Origin: an uncultured Methanoregulaceae archaeon | GTDB taxonomy: Archaea; Halobacteriota; Methanomicrobia; Methanomicrobiales; Methanospirillaceae | Reading direction: 5' to 3' | Assembly (NCBI GenBank): GCA_963705255.1 | Contig: OY970061.1 | Coordinates: 1,472,001 to 1,536,000, forward strand | DNA: 64,000 nucleotides | Shown: positions 43,440-54,768 of the stretch, one piece after another | Layout of the letters: every line of letters starts with the position of its first letter | Numbering within the stretch: the stretch's first letter is position 1 | The notes under the pieces: generated by a model | What the model was told of the DNA's origin: nothing | Database searches by the model: none | Seen by the model: the letters and a program-made list of their open reading frames with translations, nothing else | Program-made: the position numbers and the translations under genes

Positions 43440-44115
43440 GATTCTGCAATCCTCCCGTCTTCAAGCCGTATCGTGTGGTGAGCATATTCCGCGATCTTTG
43501 GATCATGGGTCACGAGGATCACCGTCTTTCCATCTTTGTGCAGGCCGCAGAGGATATCCATGATCTGGTAACCGGTCCTGCGGTCGAGATTCCCTGTCGG
43601 TTCATCGCAGAGGAGAATTTTCGGCTCATTGACCAGGGCGCGGGCCACGGCCACGCGCTGTTGCTGCCCACCGGAAAGCTGGGTGGGGCGGTGGGCACTC
43701 ATTTCCTTGTCAATCCCTACTGCTTCGAGCAGGGCGGTGGCTTTGCCGGTTGTGTCCCTCTTTTTGTACTTCAGGATGAGCGGGTATTCCACGTTCTCGT
43801 ATGCCGAGAGGAGTGGGATTAAGTAAAATTTCTGGAAGATATACCCGATGGTGTCCCTGCGCATATGCGTTCGTTCGAGGTTCGTCATGCCAGCCACATT
43901 CCTTCCGGCAATATACACTCTCCTGAGGTGGGAACATCGAGGATCCCCAACTGGTTCATCATGGTCGATTTACCGGAACCTGAAGGTCCCATGAGCGCGA
44001 CGAAGTCGTTTTCCATAATATCGAGCGAGACATGATCGAGCGCGGTGAAGTCACCGGCCTCGAGATGGTACACTTTCGACACATCCGCGAGCCGGATAAG
44101 AGGGGTATCGGCCAT
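43436..44115 (-). CDS. ABC transporter ATP-binding protein (LolD/MacB-like), frameshift near 43915
   Basis: [30 protein letters not shown]. Confidence 0.9.
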
Positions 44116-44126
44116 ATCCGATCCTC

Positions 44127-45478
44127 TTATTGTTTCTTCAACTTTGCAGAGAGCCATTTCCGCTTCTTCCACAGTACGAGACCAACGACGAGGATGATAC
44201 CCCCGGGAATTACGGGGTAAAACGAACTGATACCGTTACCTTTGCTGCTGAATAAGCTGGTGGTGCTGCCACCGGGCCGCCCATGTCCCCGCCCGGGCCG
44301 CTCATGCCGGAGGGGCCGCCGGATATACCGGAACTACCTGAGGTCGTGGAACTGGTACCTGTCGCACCGGAACCTGATACTGAATTGAGATTAAGGTTCT
44401 TTATGATGTGGTAGTCATTGCCATCCGAATCTTTCCAGTGGATAACCAGGGGAACTGACGTGAGATCCGTGCTGGTAAACGTCAGCTCAAAACTTCCGGA
44501 ATCATCGGATGCTATACTTCCGATAGCGTATTCGGGGTACGTCCCCGTACCCGTTGCAGGGGACCCCAGCGAGACCACGAGTCCCTTCGCATCGGTGATC
44601 CCGGCGTTGGTAATATCGCCGGTAAGATCGTAATAGGTGCCTTTGGAGACGAGTGCAACGTTATTGACCACGGGTGACGCTGCGGTTTTATCCAGATCGA
44701 GCGTGATGGGAAGAACCACGTCCGATGCCAGAGTCGTATCCCCGTTCTGGTAACTGACGTTGAACGTAACGTTTGTTGCCATACTGGGCGTTATCTCAAA
44801 CGGAATTGTGACAGACCCCTGTGCTGCCAGTAAGCTTACATATTTTTGTGCCGGGCTCGTCGTGAACCCGGAACCCTCTGGGGTGATCAGGATATTTTTT
44901 ATTGCACCGTCCCGCAGATTTATGACGGTCACATTGACGCACCCTGCATTGGACTCGGAAAAATAATCGGGTTTATCCTCAATGATAGTCTTGATCTCCC
45001 GTGAATCCACCTTGACCTTAACAGGATAATGAATAGATCCGCCATCTTTTGTGGAGACCGTAAAGAGACCGTAATACGTTCCGTCAGAGGCATCAACAGT
45101 TACGGGGAACGTGTAGGTCATGGTGGATCCGGCCCCGATATAATTCATTGTTTTCCAGGTATCCTCACCTGTATAGTGAATTTTTTCACTGAGCAGGTCT
45201 TCACCGGAAAGGCCAACTGCAGTATCGCCCGAGTTTGTCAGCGTCACCGTGATCGAACCTTTTTCATACGGGAAAAAAACCTCGGGATCCGTGGTGATAT
45301 TCGTTACCGTGACAACGGATACGCCACTTGTTGAGGTTACCGAACTGGTACTGCTGGCAGAACTGCTGGAACTGGTACTGCTGGTAGTTGAACTGGTACT
45401 GTCGTCTGCTGCCACAAGAGCAGTTGCCAGCATCAGTACCAGCATGATACAACTAAAAATTCCCACTATTTTCTTCAT
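44127..45478 (-). CDS. COG1361 S-layer-domain-like membrane-anchored protein, frameshift near 44270
   Basis: Signal peptide, Ser/Thr linker, Ig-like repeats (G.I.NAG..DAK..IG....DD..SFE); C-terminal TM plus basic tail in a shifted frame. Confidence 0.78.
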
Positions 45479-46083
45479 GATTCTTCCATTTCTTCTTCCT
45501 GACAACCCGCTCTTATCAGAAAAAGCAGATATCCGGCCGGGTTTTTCTACCGAAACGTTACCGGGCAGAACTGCCTTCCTTCAGCTGGACATCGTCTCCG
45601 GGCAGGGCAATGTTACGCAGAAAAATGCCAGTCAGGCCTATTATATTCGCAGTATCGCGACAGTCTAATTATTGTCCAAAATCCCGGATGATTGAACTTT
45701 GAAGTTAACACTATCCTGCCCGGTGTACCAGGTTTTCCGGCTTTGATCTGATCCGGCATCATCCGGTAAGCCTGGATCTCCGATGCGGAAGGACACGATA
45801 ACTGACGGAAGGTTTTTGAAGCGGCCCGGGTTTCCGGTCATCATGAACCATAACATCCGCTTTTTCTCCACCGGTATCTTCCCGTACGAAAACGACAGGA
45901 ATGGTGCCTACCAGATTTTTAGCAAAATACCAAACATCCGTGCATTAACCAGATTAACGCCGGCATTCAGCAATATTTCCCCGCACCGTTATGTTCACCG
46001 GTCAGACCGGCCACCCGCTACAGGGAGAGATTTCAGGCATGGGATTTCCTTATGCTTATATCCAACAACATCCGAGTTTTTGT

Positions 46084-46314
46084 ATGCACGATACGGAAAC
46101 CAGAGACATGCTCGCCGACCTCGTCTGGCTCAATGCGGTTATAGCGACCGAACTCATCCAGATTACCGAGAACAGCTCGGCAATCCTCCGCAAATCCGCT
46201 CCTCCGGCAAGTTGTCTTGCAGAACACCATGCACTTCGCGAGACCGCGCTTGCTATTGCGGAAAAATACCGGCCCGGTACCATGCTTGCCCAACATCTCG
46301 ATAAACACCAGTAA
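46084..46314 (+). CDS. Small hypothetical protein
   Basis: 76-aa helical ORF MHDTETRDMLADLVWLNAVIATELIQITEN. Confidence 0.6.
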   Translation: MHDTETRDMLADLVWLNAVIATELIQITENSSAILRKSAPPASCLAEHHALRETALAIAEKYRPGTMLAQHLDKHQ

Positions 46315-46456
46315 TGTTATTGGGACACTCCGCAAAACGTACTATACCTGCGATGCCGGATCACAGGTTAAGGCGTCAGACGGCATCGGCAACGCTCCTG
46401 ACTTGCCATGAGACTGGAAACATTTCATGACGTTCATCAGGACAGGCTCCCGGATC

Positions 46457-47164
46457 ATGATAACAACACCCCGACCCCGGTACAGCCTTGTTATCCCAGC
46501 CTATAATGAGGAGAACAGGATTACCCTTCTTTTTGATGCGATACCATATTTTGAAGGTGAACTCATCGTTGTCTGCGATGGTACTGATGAGACGGCAGAT
46601 ATCATCGATCGGATTGCCGCTGAACGGAAAGACCTTACAATCCGGTGTCTCCGCTTCGATCACCGCCTGGGTAAAGGCGGGGGCGTAATGGCTGGGCTGA
46701 AAGCCGCACATTCATCCTGTGCAGGCTATTTCGATGCAGACGGCTCGACAACCATCGGGGAGATGATGCGACTGCTTTCCTGCTTAAAAGAAAGCGATTG
46801 TGTCATCGGTTCCCGCTGGGTTCCGGGATCGACCCTCACCGTGAGCCAGAGCTTCATGCGAAGGATCGAGAGCCGTATATTCAACCTGATCATCAGGATC
46901 CTTTTCGGCCTTGACTTTCACGATACGCAATGCGGGGCAAAGGTCTTCAAAAAACCGGTTATCGATGAAATTCTCCCGCTGATGTATTCGACGGGTTTTG
47001 AGTTCGATGTCGAACTCCTCTGGAGGCTGAAAAAGAACGGGGCCCGTATCACGGAAATTCCTATCGAGTGGCAGAATAAAGGAGACTCAAGGGTCCAGAA
47101 ACTTGATATGATCAGGATGCTGTTTGGATTGCTCATGCTCAGATTTCACCGGGTATCTGCATGA
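46457..47164 (+). CDS. GT2 glycosyltransferase (dolichyl-phosphate glycosyltransferase-like)
   Basis: VIPAYNE, DG.D.T, GKG, DAD, GSR, DTQCGAK, FDVELL. Confidence 0.92.
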   Translation: MITTPRPRYSLVIPAYNEENRITLLFDAIPYFEGELIVVCDGTDETADIIDRIAAERKDLTIRCLRFDHRLGKGGGVMAGLKAAHSSCAGYFDADGSTTIGEMMRLLSCLKESDCVIGSRWVPGSTLTVSQSFMRRIESRIFNLIIRILFGLDFHDTQCGAKVFKKPVIDEILPLMYSTGFEFDVELLWRLKKNGARITEIPIEWQNKGDSRVQKLDMIRMLFGLLMLRFHRVSA

Positions 47165-48970
47165 TCCCCTCTTCACGGGAAGAGCAGAAAAAAGAGGCAT
47201 TCCGCCTGTTTGAAGACGGAAGATACCAGGAATCCCTCAGAGCCTGCACTCATATCCTGGAGACCGGCAGGGATCCCGATATCGAAGTGCTTGCCGCAAC
47301 CAACTCCTATTACACCGGGAAGTATGAAGATGCTGAGGTCTCTTTCCGGGACCTTGCCCGGAAGATGCCGGACTCTTCCTACGTTCACAGCTACCTGGCA
47401 AAAGTGCTGGAAGCGAGAGGAGATGAGGGGGCAATTGGCGAGTATGCAACTGCCGTCCGGCTGGACCCGACCAACCAGGATGCCCTGCGAAGTTATGCCG
47501 GGTATCTCCTTACGCATGGGGATTACCGGGGGGCCCTGCCCGTCCTCAGAAGACTGGTCAGGCAGGTAAAACGACCTGAAGACATAAAGAACCTGATGAG
47601 AGCACTCATCGAGATTGATGAGGCTGAAGAAGCTCTGGCAGCTCACGCCATGGGAGGCACGGATATGCCAAAGAGTCACGAGTATGTCGATGCGCTGGCA
47701 AAAACAGGGAACTGCCGTGCTGCCGCTGAGTCTGCATCTGCGATCTATCGTGAGACAAAGGATATTTCCATCCTCCGCAAGTACCTGGCTGCTCTCTCCG
47801 GGTATGATGTGCCGGCATCCCTTGATGCCTATTCCTCGGTTATTGCTGACAACCCTGACAGCGATATCCTCTGCGATTACATCATCCTCCTGAAATCGAA
47901 CGGGGAATATGCCAAAGCCCTGGAAGCCACGCAATCCCTTCTTTCCTGTACACGAAAACCGGAGTACCGTCTGGTCGAATGTGACCTTCTTGCAGCGCAG
48001 GGAAGGGATGAGGACGCTCTTCTGGCCTGTGAAAGGCTTATCCGGGAGGAGCAGGGCACGAGGGATGATCCTGATACCCTCGGCCTTGTTATCAGCAAAT
48101 ATCGGCAGTACCCTGAAAAAAAGTCTTCCGGCAGACGAAGCCGCACGACGGTTCCTCGACCTTGTTGCCCGTGATATCAACGTAGTAAGCCTGCTCGGGA
48201 CAGCATGGTTCTACCAGGAAGAGGGAAATACCAGCGAGGCCCGGGCCTGGTACTATCGGGCGTACAGGACCGATTTTTTAAGCGGCGGACTTGATTACGC
48301 GAAATTTCTGTCAGATAACGGGGAATTGCGCGAGTGCGAAAAAGTGATGCTGTACATCTTGTCCAATGTAAAAAAGGGGACAGACCTTACGCGGGTGGCC
48401 GCAGTCGTTGTTGATAAAAAAGGGCCGATGTCCTGCATGAAACGCCTGATGGAACAGCTGATCAGAAGACTCTGGGAACGGAGGGCCACGCTGAACTCGG
48501 AAGGAATGGAGCTGCTTGCCGTTGTTTTTTTTATCGGTGCAACCAATGCACTTGAAGAGACGGACTATGTACACTGTAAGTATTACTGTCTCTGCGGGAT
48601 GGATGTCATGCCCGCATATGCCCGTGACATCCGTCTCGAAAATTACCTCCAGCTGATCAGGGCCTGCAAGGAACAATCTGTTGCCGATCACCCGATCATG
48701 CACACTCCACAGGAAGATACACGGGAGCTCGCAGAACCACAGGCAGTCTTCGACCAGCTCGGGCTCTCTGACCAGGAGCAGAAGATTATCGGATTTCTCC
48801 GGTCGCACCGTAAGGCGAGCGAGATGGACCTGCGTAAAGTCCTGGGTACCCGGCAGGTCGCCGGGATCGTGAATAAACTGGTTCAAAAAGCTGCATCCCG
48901 GGGATTGTCTCTTGTCGAGAAGAAAGGAGTTGGTGAGGATGGAGAGGTCTATGAATATACCGGAATCTGA
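47161..48970 (+). CDS. TPR-repeat protein with C-terminal winged helix, frameshift near 48112
   Basis: TPR-like helical repeats across two overlapping ORFs; C-terminal LSDQEQKIIGFL..SEMDLRKVLG. Confidence 0.78.
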
Positions 48971-48974
48971 ACGG

Positions 48975-50252
48975 ATGGGCCGGAATCAGCTTGAGAGCAT
49001 CAACATCATCAATGCACTCAGGAGGGGCACGGTACCTGCCGGCGGACTGGAGCGTATCGCGGTAGGGCTCGAAGTCGAAGAGAGCGTGATTGACCAGCAG
49101 CTGGCCTTTGTCGCTGAGGGTGGCGGCGATACAAAATTTATCCGGGGTGAGTATGGCAGCGGCAAGACATTCCTTGTTGCCCAGGCCCTTGAGATTGCAC
49201 GGGACAAAGGTTTTGTTACTACCCATGTCGTCGTCTCGGCTTCAGCACCACTCCACAAGCTCAGGGGCGTTTATCAGCAGATCTGCGCAAACCTGAGGAC
49301 GAATGAAGAAGAGCACGCGATCAAGACCATTGTCGACAACTGGCTTTATGCCATTGAGGAACGGTTGTTGTCCGTCAGCGGAAGCAGCTGCGAGGATGCA
49401 GCTCTTGAGTCCGCTACCGAACGGGAGATTGAAGCAGCGTTCTCAGGTATTTCCGAGACGAATTCGGCCCTGGCAGCAGTCCTGCGTGCATATTATACCG
49501 CAAACAATACGGGTAATTTCCCGCTCGCCCAGTCTGCACTTGGATGGGTCTCAGCCGAACCGAACATCGGCAGGGACCTCAAGCAGAAAGCAGGGATACG
49601 CGGGGATATCGATGATACCCTCGCGTTCATTTTTCTCCGGGGTCTCGTGGAGATCATTCATGGGGCGGGCTACAGCGGGCTCGCGATCGCTATTGACGAA
49701 CTGGAGACAACCCAGGGCCTGCAGAGGAACCAGCGGGAGAAAGGGTATCAGACGCTGGTCCGGATCATCGATGCCCTTGACCGCGGGGATATGCCCCGCT
49801 GTTATTTCCTGTTTACCGGGACTCCGGCACTGTATGACGGTTCGCGGGGTATCAGGTCTATCCCCCCGCTTTACGATCGGATCGGCGTGGTGCAGAGCGA
49901 TGCGTTCAGGAATCCTCGCCAGCCCCAGATTGTTCTTTCGAAATTTAATACCGCCAAACTTGAACTGGTAGCACTCAAGGTAATTGATGTCTACGCCCAG
50001 GCGTATAGCGAACCCGACCGCGAACGGGTCTCTCACCGGTTTATCCGGGCAATGATCAGGAAGATCACCACGCGTTTCGGGGGAAGAGTCGATGTAATTC
50101 CCCGCATTTTCTTAAAAGAGTTTGTCGATATCCTCGACAAATGCGAACTGTACCCTGATTACAACCCTGCGGACGCTTATGACTTCGATGCCGGACATCT
50201 CAAAGGAGAACTGAAAAAGGAAGAGGAGGTCGTGATGGTCGTTCAGTTCTAA
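48975..50252 (+). CDS. BrxD/DUF2791-like P-loop ATPase
   Basis: IINALRRGTVP..GL..IAVG, RGEYGSGKTF, GYSGL.I.IDELE, TGTP, PR.FLK.FVDILD. Confidence 0.85.
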   Translation: MGRNQLESINIINALRRGTVPAGGLERIAVGLEVEESVIDQQLAFVAEGGGDTKFIRGEYGSGKTFLVAQALEIARDKGFVTTHVVVSASAPLHKLRGVYQQICANLRTNEEEHAIKTIVDNWLYAIEERLLSVSGSSCEDAALESATEREIEAAFSGISETNSALAAVLRAYYTANNTGNFPLAQSALGWVSAEPNIGRDLKQKAGIRGDIDDTLAFIFLRGLVEIIHGAGYSGLAIAIDELETTQGLQRNQREKGYQTLVRIIDALDRGDMPRCYFLFTGTPALYDGSRGIRSIPPLYDRIGVVQSDAFRNPRQPQIVLSKFNTAKLELVALKVIDVYAQAYSEPDRERVSHRFIRAMIRKITTRFGGRVDVIPRIFLKEFVDILDKCELYPDYNPADAYDFDAGHLKGELKKEEEVVMVVQF

Positions 50253-50445
50253 CCATGGCATGACTATGCTGTGCGTATCGAAAATTCACCGTACTGGTTT
50301 GAGATGGCAGGCATTCCGTTCATCGCAGTCATGAGCCCGATCGAAAAACTGATCCGGGTCCATTGAATTTTAATTGAAAAAATTAACTCCGGAGGAACAG
50401 ACCTGAACGAATAGAGTTCCCCCCGGAACCTCGAAAATCGTTCAG

Positions 50446-50620
50446 TTATGAGGGCTCCCCGCCTCAGGGCCTCTCCGGGGACAGCCCGCAGGACTGTGGA
50501 GAAGTGAACTTCGACTTCTGAGTAGTTCGTCAGAACCACGAAGTGTGAGAAGGTCGAAAGAACTTCGATCATGGCAGGGCAAGGAGGTTGAACCGCCGCG
50601 GGGCGCCCCGTCGGGGGCAG
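50446..50620. repeat. Dispersed structured intergenic element, copy 2 (inverted relative to copy 1)
   Basis: Block matches to 18975-19133, e.g. TCCCCGGAGAGGCCCTGA.GCGGGGA and ACTTCGTGGTTCTGA.GAAC.ACTCAG on the reverse strand. Confidence 0.8.
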
Positions 50621-50678
50621 GACTGGCGTAAGGGGTGCGGCGGATCAATTTTCCATGAATAGATAATTTTTAAAAAAA

Positions 50679-51923
50679 TCACAATCCCCTTCTCACCCTC
50701 ACCGATTGCGCATGTGCATACAGCCCCTCGGCCTCCGCAATAGTCTCGACAATATCCGCGATAGATTCCAGACCGTCCCGGTCGAGAATCTCGACAGTTG
50801 CGGACTTGCAGAAATGCTGCACATCAAGGCCCGAATACATCTTTGAATATCCTGCTGTTGGTAAAACGTGATTGGTTCCGACTGCATAATCGCCGCAGGC
50901 TACAGCAGAATACTTACCGACAAAAATGGCACCTGCATTCTTTACCCGGGTAACTACCGACAGGGGATCGGCTACCTGGATCGACAGATGCTCGGGAGCC
51001 ACCATATCCGATGCCGCGATTGCTTCCTCCAGATCGGCGACAACGGTATAACCGGAATTTTTCAGCGACTGCTCGATGATCTCTCTTCTCGGTGCAGCCC
51101 CGAGCATCTTGTGCACTTCCCGTCCCACCTTCTCCGGCAGACCGGGATCCGTAGTGATCAGGATGCAGGCAGCATTCGGGTCGTGTTCGGACTGGGCGAG
51201 GATATCGGCAGCAACAATCGAGGGGCTGGCTGTTTCATCGGCTATAATACCGATCTCGCTCGGGCCCGCAGGAAAATCGATCTCAACCTTCTCCCGCAGC
51301 ATCATCTTCGCGAGGGTGACATAGATGTTCCCGGGGCCGACAATTTTCTGGACCGGGCTGATGCTCTCAGTACCCAGGGCCATCGCAGCAATCGCCTGGG
51401 CCCCCCCAGCATTATAAATCTCGGTGACCCCGGCAATGTCGAGAGCGACAAGAGTCAGGGGTTTAATCGGGGGCGGGGAGCAGGCACAGATCTCATGTAC
51501 ACCCGCTACCCGGGCGGGGACGGCACACATGAGGGCAGAAGAGGGATACACTGCCCTGCCACCGGGAACGTAGATCCCCACGCGGTTGAGCGCCGTTGTC
51601 TTGACACCCAGTACAATGCCGGGGTCCATCTCCTCAAGCCAGAGATCACGCGGGCGCTGGCGTTCGTGGAAGCGTTCGATACGGGCCTCGGCCTCGATGA
51701 GACTCTCAACAACCTTTGTATCGACGAGGTCATATGCCGCCTCGCGCTCATCTTCGGAGACCGCAATATCGCCCAGTTCGCAGTATTTTTTCGCGAAGTC
51801 CCGGAGCGCGGCATCGCCCTCGTTCTGTACCCTCCCGATGATCCCGGTAACGGTACTTCGCGCATCCTCGAGGCTGGTCTTCCGTGCCCCAAGCCACGCA
51901 TCGATCTCGACTGCCTTCCACAT
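50679..51923 (-). CDS. hisD: Histidinol dehydrogenase
   Basis: YVPGGRA.YPSS, GGAQAIAA, GPGN.YV, AGPSE, QSEHD, APEHL, GDY..GTNHVLPT. Confidence 0.96.
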   Translation of the reverse strand: MWKAVEIDAWLGARKTSLEDARSTVTGIIGRVQNEGDAALRDFAKKYCELGDIAVSEDEREAAYDLVDTKVVESLIEAEARIERFHERQRPRDLWLEEMDPGIVLGVKTTALNRVGIYVPGGRAVYPSSALMCAVPARVAGVHEICACSPPPIKPLTLVALDIAGVTEIYNAGGAQAIAAMALGTESISPVQKIVGPGNIYVTLAKMMLREKVEIDFPAGPSEIGIIADETASPSIVAADILAQSEHDPNAACILITTDPGLPEKVGREVHKMLGAAPRREIIEQSLKNSGYTVVADLEEAIAASDMVAPEHLSIQVADPLSVVTRVKNAGAIFVGKYSAVACGDYAVGTNHVLPTAGYSKMYSGLDVQHFCKSATVEILDRDGLESIADIVETIAEAEGLYAHAQSVRVRRGL

Positions 51924-52118
51924 AGTTCCAATATTTTCGGCAACATGACACGTTAAGGTTTCGTAGCGTGATCCGATCACGGCATTCATATGAAGATGAA
52001 TGGTCCTCTATCTGCACAAAGACCGGTTTTCCATCATTGTTTTTATCCGTATAAGAGAAAACGGGATGCACCATAAAAGCATATTGCCACATACTGCGCA
52101 TATTGAACCAGTGGTGAT

Positions 52119-53182
52119 ATGGGAAGCCCTTACCTCAGCAGCGATGAGACCATCCTCCTTTCAACGCACAATATTGTTATCAATACTATTCCCGCCGAAG
52201 CGATACTTACCGGCAAACGTCTTATCCTTGTAGACAGCAGTCATCCCCAGTTCCGGCCGCAGGATATCCCCTTTACTGCAATCGAGACGGTTATCATCGG
52301 GGAGAATTCCGGCAACAACCCGGTCCTTTCCCTTACGGTTGTCACAAAGGGTGATACACGGCAGACACTAGGGGTTGTCTTCGCCCAGCCACCCAAGACA
52401 AAACGAACCGGTGAGCGCGATTCATGGGCCGCAAAACTCAAGGAACTCAGCGTGATCTCGCAGGAAGGTCATGGCGCACAACCCATGGATCCGGCACCGC
52501 CCTGGATCCCGGGGTCCCTCTCTGCTGAAGAATCCGGTGAAAAGGGTTCCGGTCAGGATTTCCCGGACAAATACAGAAATCCCCCGCTCGTACCGAAACG
52601 ACCGAGACCTGAAGAACCCTCCAGGAACCGGACGATCATTGCCGCAAGCGCGATCGCTATCCTTGTCATCGCGATTGTCTGCGGGGTGTATTTCTTTGCC
52701 CCGGGACTTATTGCACAGACCGTGATCCCTGTACCACCGACGCCAACGCAGGTCGCCACTTCTACCCCGACACCGTTTCGGTTCGTACGGAACTTCCCCC
52801 CAAGGCAGTAACCCTGCAGCCGGCGCCTACCACCGGAATACCACCGGTTCCAACCCCCGTGCAAAGGGTCGTTCCCCAGACCGGGATCTGGGTACAGATC
52901 AATTACATCGGGAATTTCACCGGTTCCGTTGGGACTGCTGGAGCGATGAGGGTGGTGGCCGGTTCCGGGGACAAGTATTACCAGATTCCGACAGTTGACG
53001 GGGTTGTGGAGGCCACAATCCAGAAGCTGGACAGTTCAGGAAATGTCCTCACGGTAGAGGTCTATAACAATGGAAACCTCATAAAAAGCGGTACGACAAG
53101 AACTCCCGGAGGAGAGATCGACATACATGCTGACCTGAAAACAGCGCAGTCAGTGGCTGCCAGTCAGACAACCGGCACATAA
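52119..53182 (+). CDS. Single-pass membrane protein with PH-like N-terminal domain, frameshift near 52780
   Basis: YL..DE.IL..LT.KRLI PH-like pattern, TM, Pro/Thr linker; C-terminal domain in ORF 52859..53182. Confidence 0.7.
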
Positions 53183-53186
53183 ATTA

Positions 53187-53897
53187 TTATCCTGAACATA
53201 ATTCACATTTGCACGAGGAGAGCTCATCAGGTAAATCGTGCGGTTTGCCTTCCCATTCTTTTTTCCCGGAACTGAGAATACAGGCTCTGTCGCCGATGTC
53301 CCGGCTATCCGAAACCCGGTGCGTAACAACGACGCAGGGGATCTGCATCTCTGCAACAACCGATCGTGTAAGGTTTTTCACGATACAGGTGCTTTCAGTA
53401 TCCAGAGAAGTGAAGGGCTCATCGAGCATCAGCAGCAACGGCTCTATTGCCAGAGCGCGTGCCAGCGCCACCCGCTGTTTCTGCCCGCCGGAAAGGTTCC
53501 CGGCTTTTACCTGGGCATGGTCCTGCAGTTCCATAAGTCCGGTCAGGTGCTCCACGCGTTCTGCAATTTCCTGCCGGGAAAATTTCCGGACCCGGAGGCC
53601 AAAAGCAATATTCTCATGCACGGTCATGTGGGGAAACACGGCACTGTTCTGGAAGACATACCCTATACGACGATCTTCGATCGGCAGATCGATCTGTACT
53701 GCAGGTTTACAGAAGAGAGTTCCGTTGAGACGGATGCAGCCGGAATCCGGGTACAGGAGGCCTGCAATAATGTTGAGGGTCGTTGATTTTCCTGACCCGT
53801 TGGTTCCCATAAGCACAAAAATTTCGCCGGCATTGACCTTCAGGGAGAGATCCAGAGTAAAATCCCGTAGTTTTTTTGTGATGACTGCTTCAAGCAT
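53187..53897 (-). CDS. modC: Molybdate ABC transporter ATP-binding protein
   Basis: GTNGSGKST, RRIGYVFQ, LSGGQKQRV, LDEPF. Confidence 0.88.
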   Translation of the reverse strand: MLEAVITKKLRDFTLDLSLKVNAGEIFVLMGTNGSGKSTTLNIIAGLLYPDSGCIRLNGTLFCKPAVQIDLPIEDRRIGYVFQNSAVFPHMTVHENIAFGLRVRKFSRQEIAERVEHLTGLMELQDHAQVKAGNLSGGQKQRVALARALAIEPLLLMLDEPFTSLDTESTCIVKNLTRSVVAEMQIPCVVVTHRVSDSRDIGDRACILSSGKKEWEGKPHDLPDELSSCKCELCSG

Positions 53898-54711
53898 GCT
53901 GCACCTTTTTTGAAGAGAGGAGCCTGACTGCAATCATGATACCAAAGGATATGATCACCAGCAGGATAGAGATGGTCAGGCCGGAAGAGAGATTGCTTTC
54001 CATACCCACATAGACCGCAAGCGGCATCGTCTGGGTAACACCCGGAAGATTGCCGGCAAACATGATGGTGGCACCAAATTCGCCCAGTGCCCGTCCGAAC
54101 GTCATGACAGCCCCGGATACCAGTCCGCCTGCAGTAAGCGGCAACGTGATGGCCAGGAAGGTCCGCAGGGGGGAAGCTCCAAGCGTTCGTGCAGTCTGTT
54201 CGTAAGCCAGGTCAAACTGCTCAAAGAGCGATTTGGCCTGCCTCAGGTAAAACGGCGATGCGACGAATATCTGGGCCATGATGACGGCCAGCGTGGTGAA
54301 CGCAATGGAGATGCCGACCATACTGAAATACCGTCCGACGAGGCCGACCCTCCCATAGAGGATCAGCAGGGCGACCCCGGCAACTGCGGGCGGGAGAACC
54401 AGCGGGAGGTCGATCAGGGTATCTACAAGTACCTTCCCGGGATACGAACACCGGGTATGGACATAGGCAAAGGGAGTGCCGACCAGGACCACGATCCCGA
54501 GAGAGGTGATCGAGGTGAAGAGGCTCAGCCACAGCGCGCTGGTCACCTGGGGATCCGAAAGCGACGAGAAGAAAAGATCCGGTGTGATGCGAAGGAATAA
54601 CGCTGCTATTGGTAAAGCAAGGTAGAGGGTGACGGAGAGGATCAGGACACCCGCGGCCATGTACGTGACGGTGCGCCGGTATTGTTCCGGAATACTACCT
54701 GCGGGTTTCAT
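53890..54711 (-). CDS. modB: Molybdate ABC transporter permease
   Basis: DLPLVLPPAVAG, ARTLGAS, RALGEFGAT, TQTMPL. Confidence 0.92.
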   Translation of the reverse strand: MKPAGSIPEQYRRTVTYMAAGVLILSVTLYLALPIAALFLRITPDLFFSSLSDPQVTSALWLSLFTSITSLGIVVLVGTPFAYVHTRCSYPGKVLVDTLIDLPLVLPPAVAGVALLILYGRVGLVGRYFSMVGISIAFTTLAVIMAQIFVASPFYLRQAKSLFEQFDLAYEQTARTLGASPLRTFLAITLPLTAGGLVSGAVMTFGRALGEFGATIMFAGNLPGVTQTMPLAVYVGMESNLSSGLTISILLVIISFGIMIAVRLLSSKKVQHA

Positions 54712-54768
54712 GACAGGGAATCGGTTATGTCCAATGTATTGGAAGTCCGGATAAAAAAATCAGGAGGT

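Noticed and set aside
48975-50252. Complete BREX system
   Set aside because: No pglX, pglZ, brxC or brxHI in the window; the helicase at 22754 is distant and in a housekeeping context.
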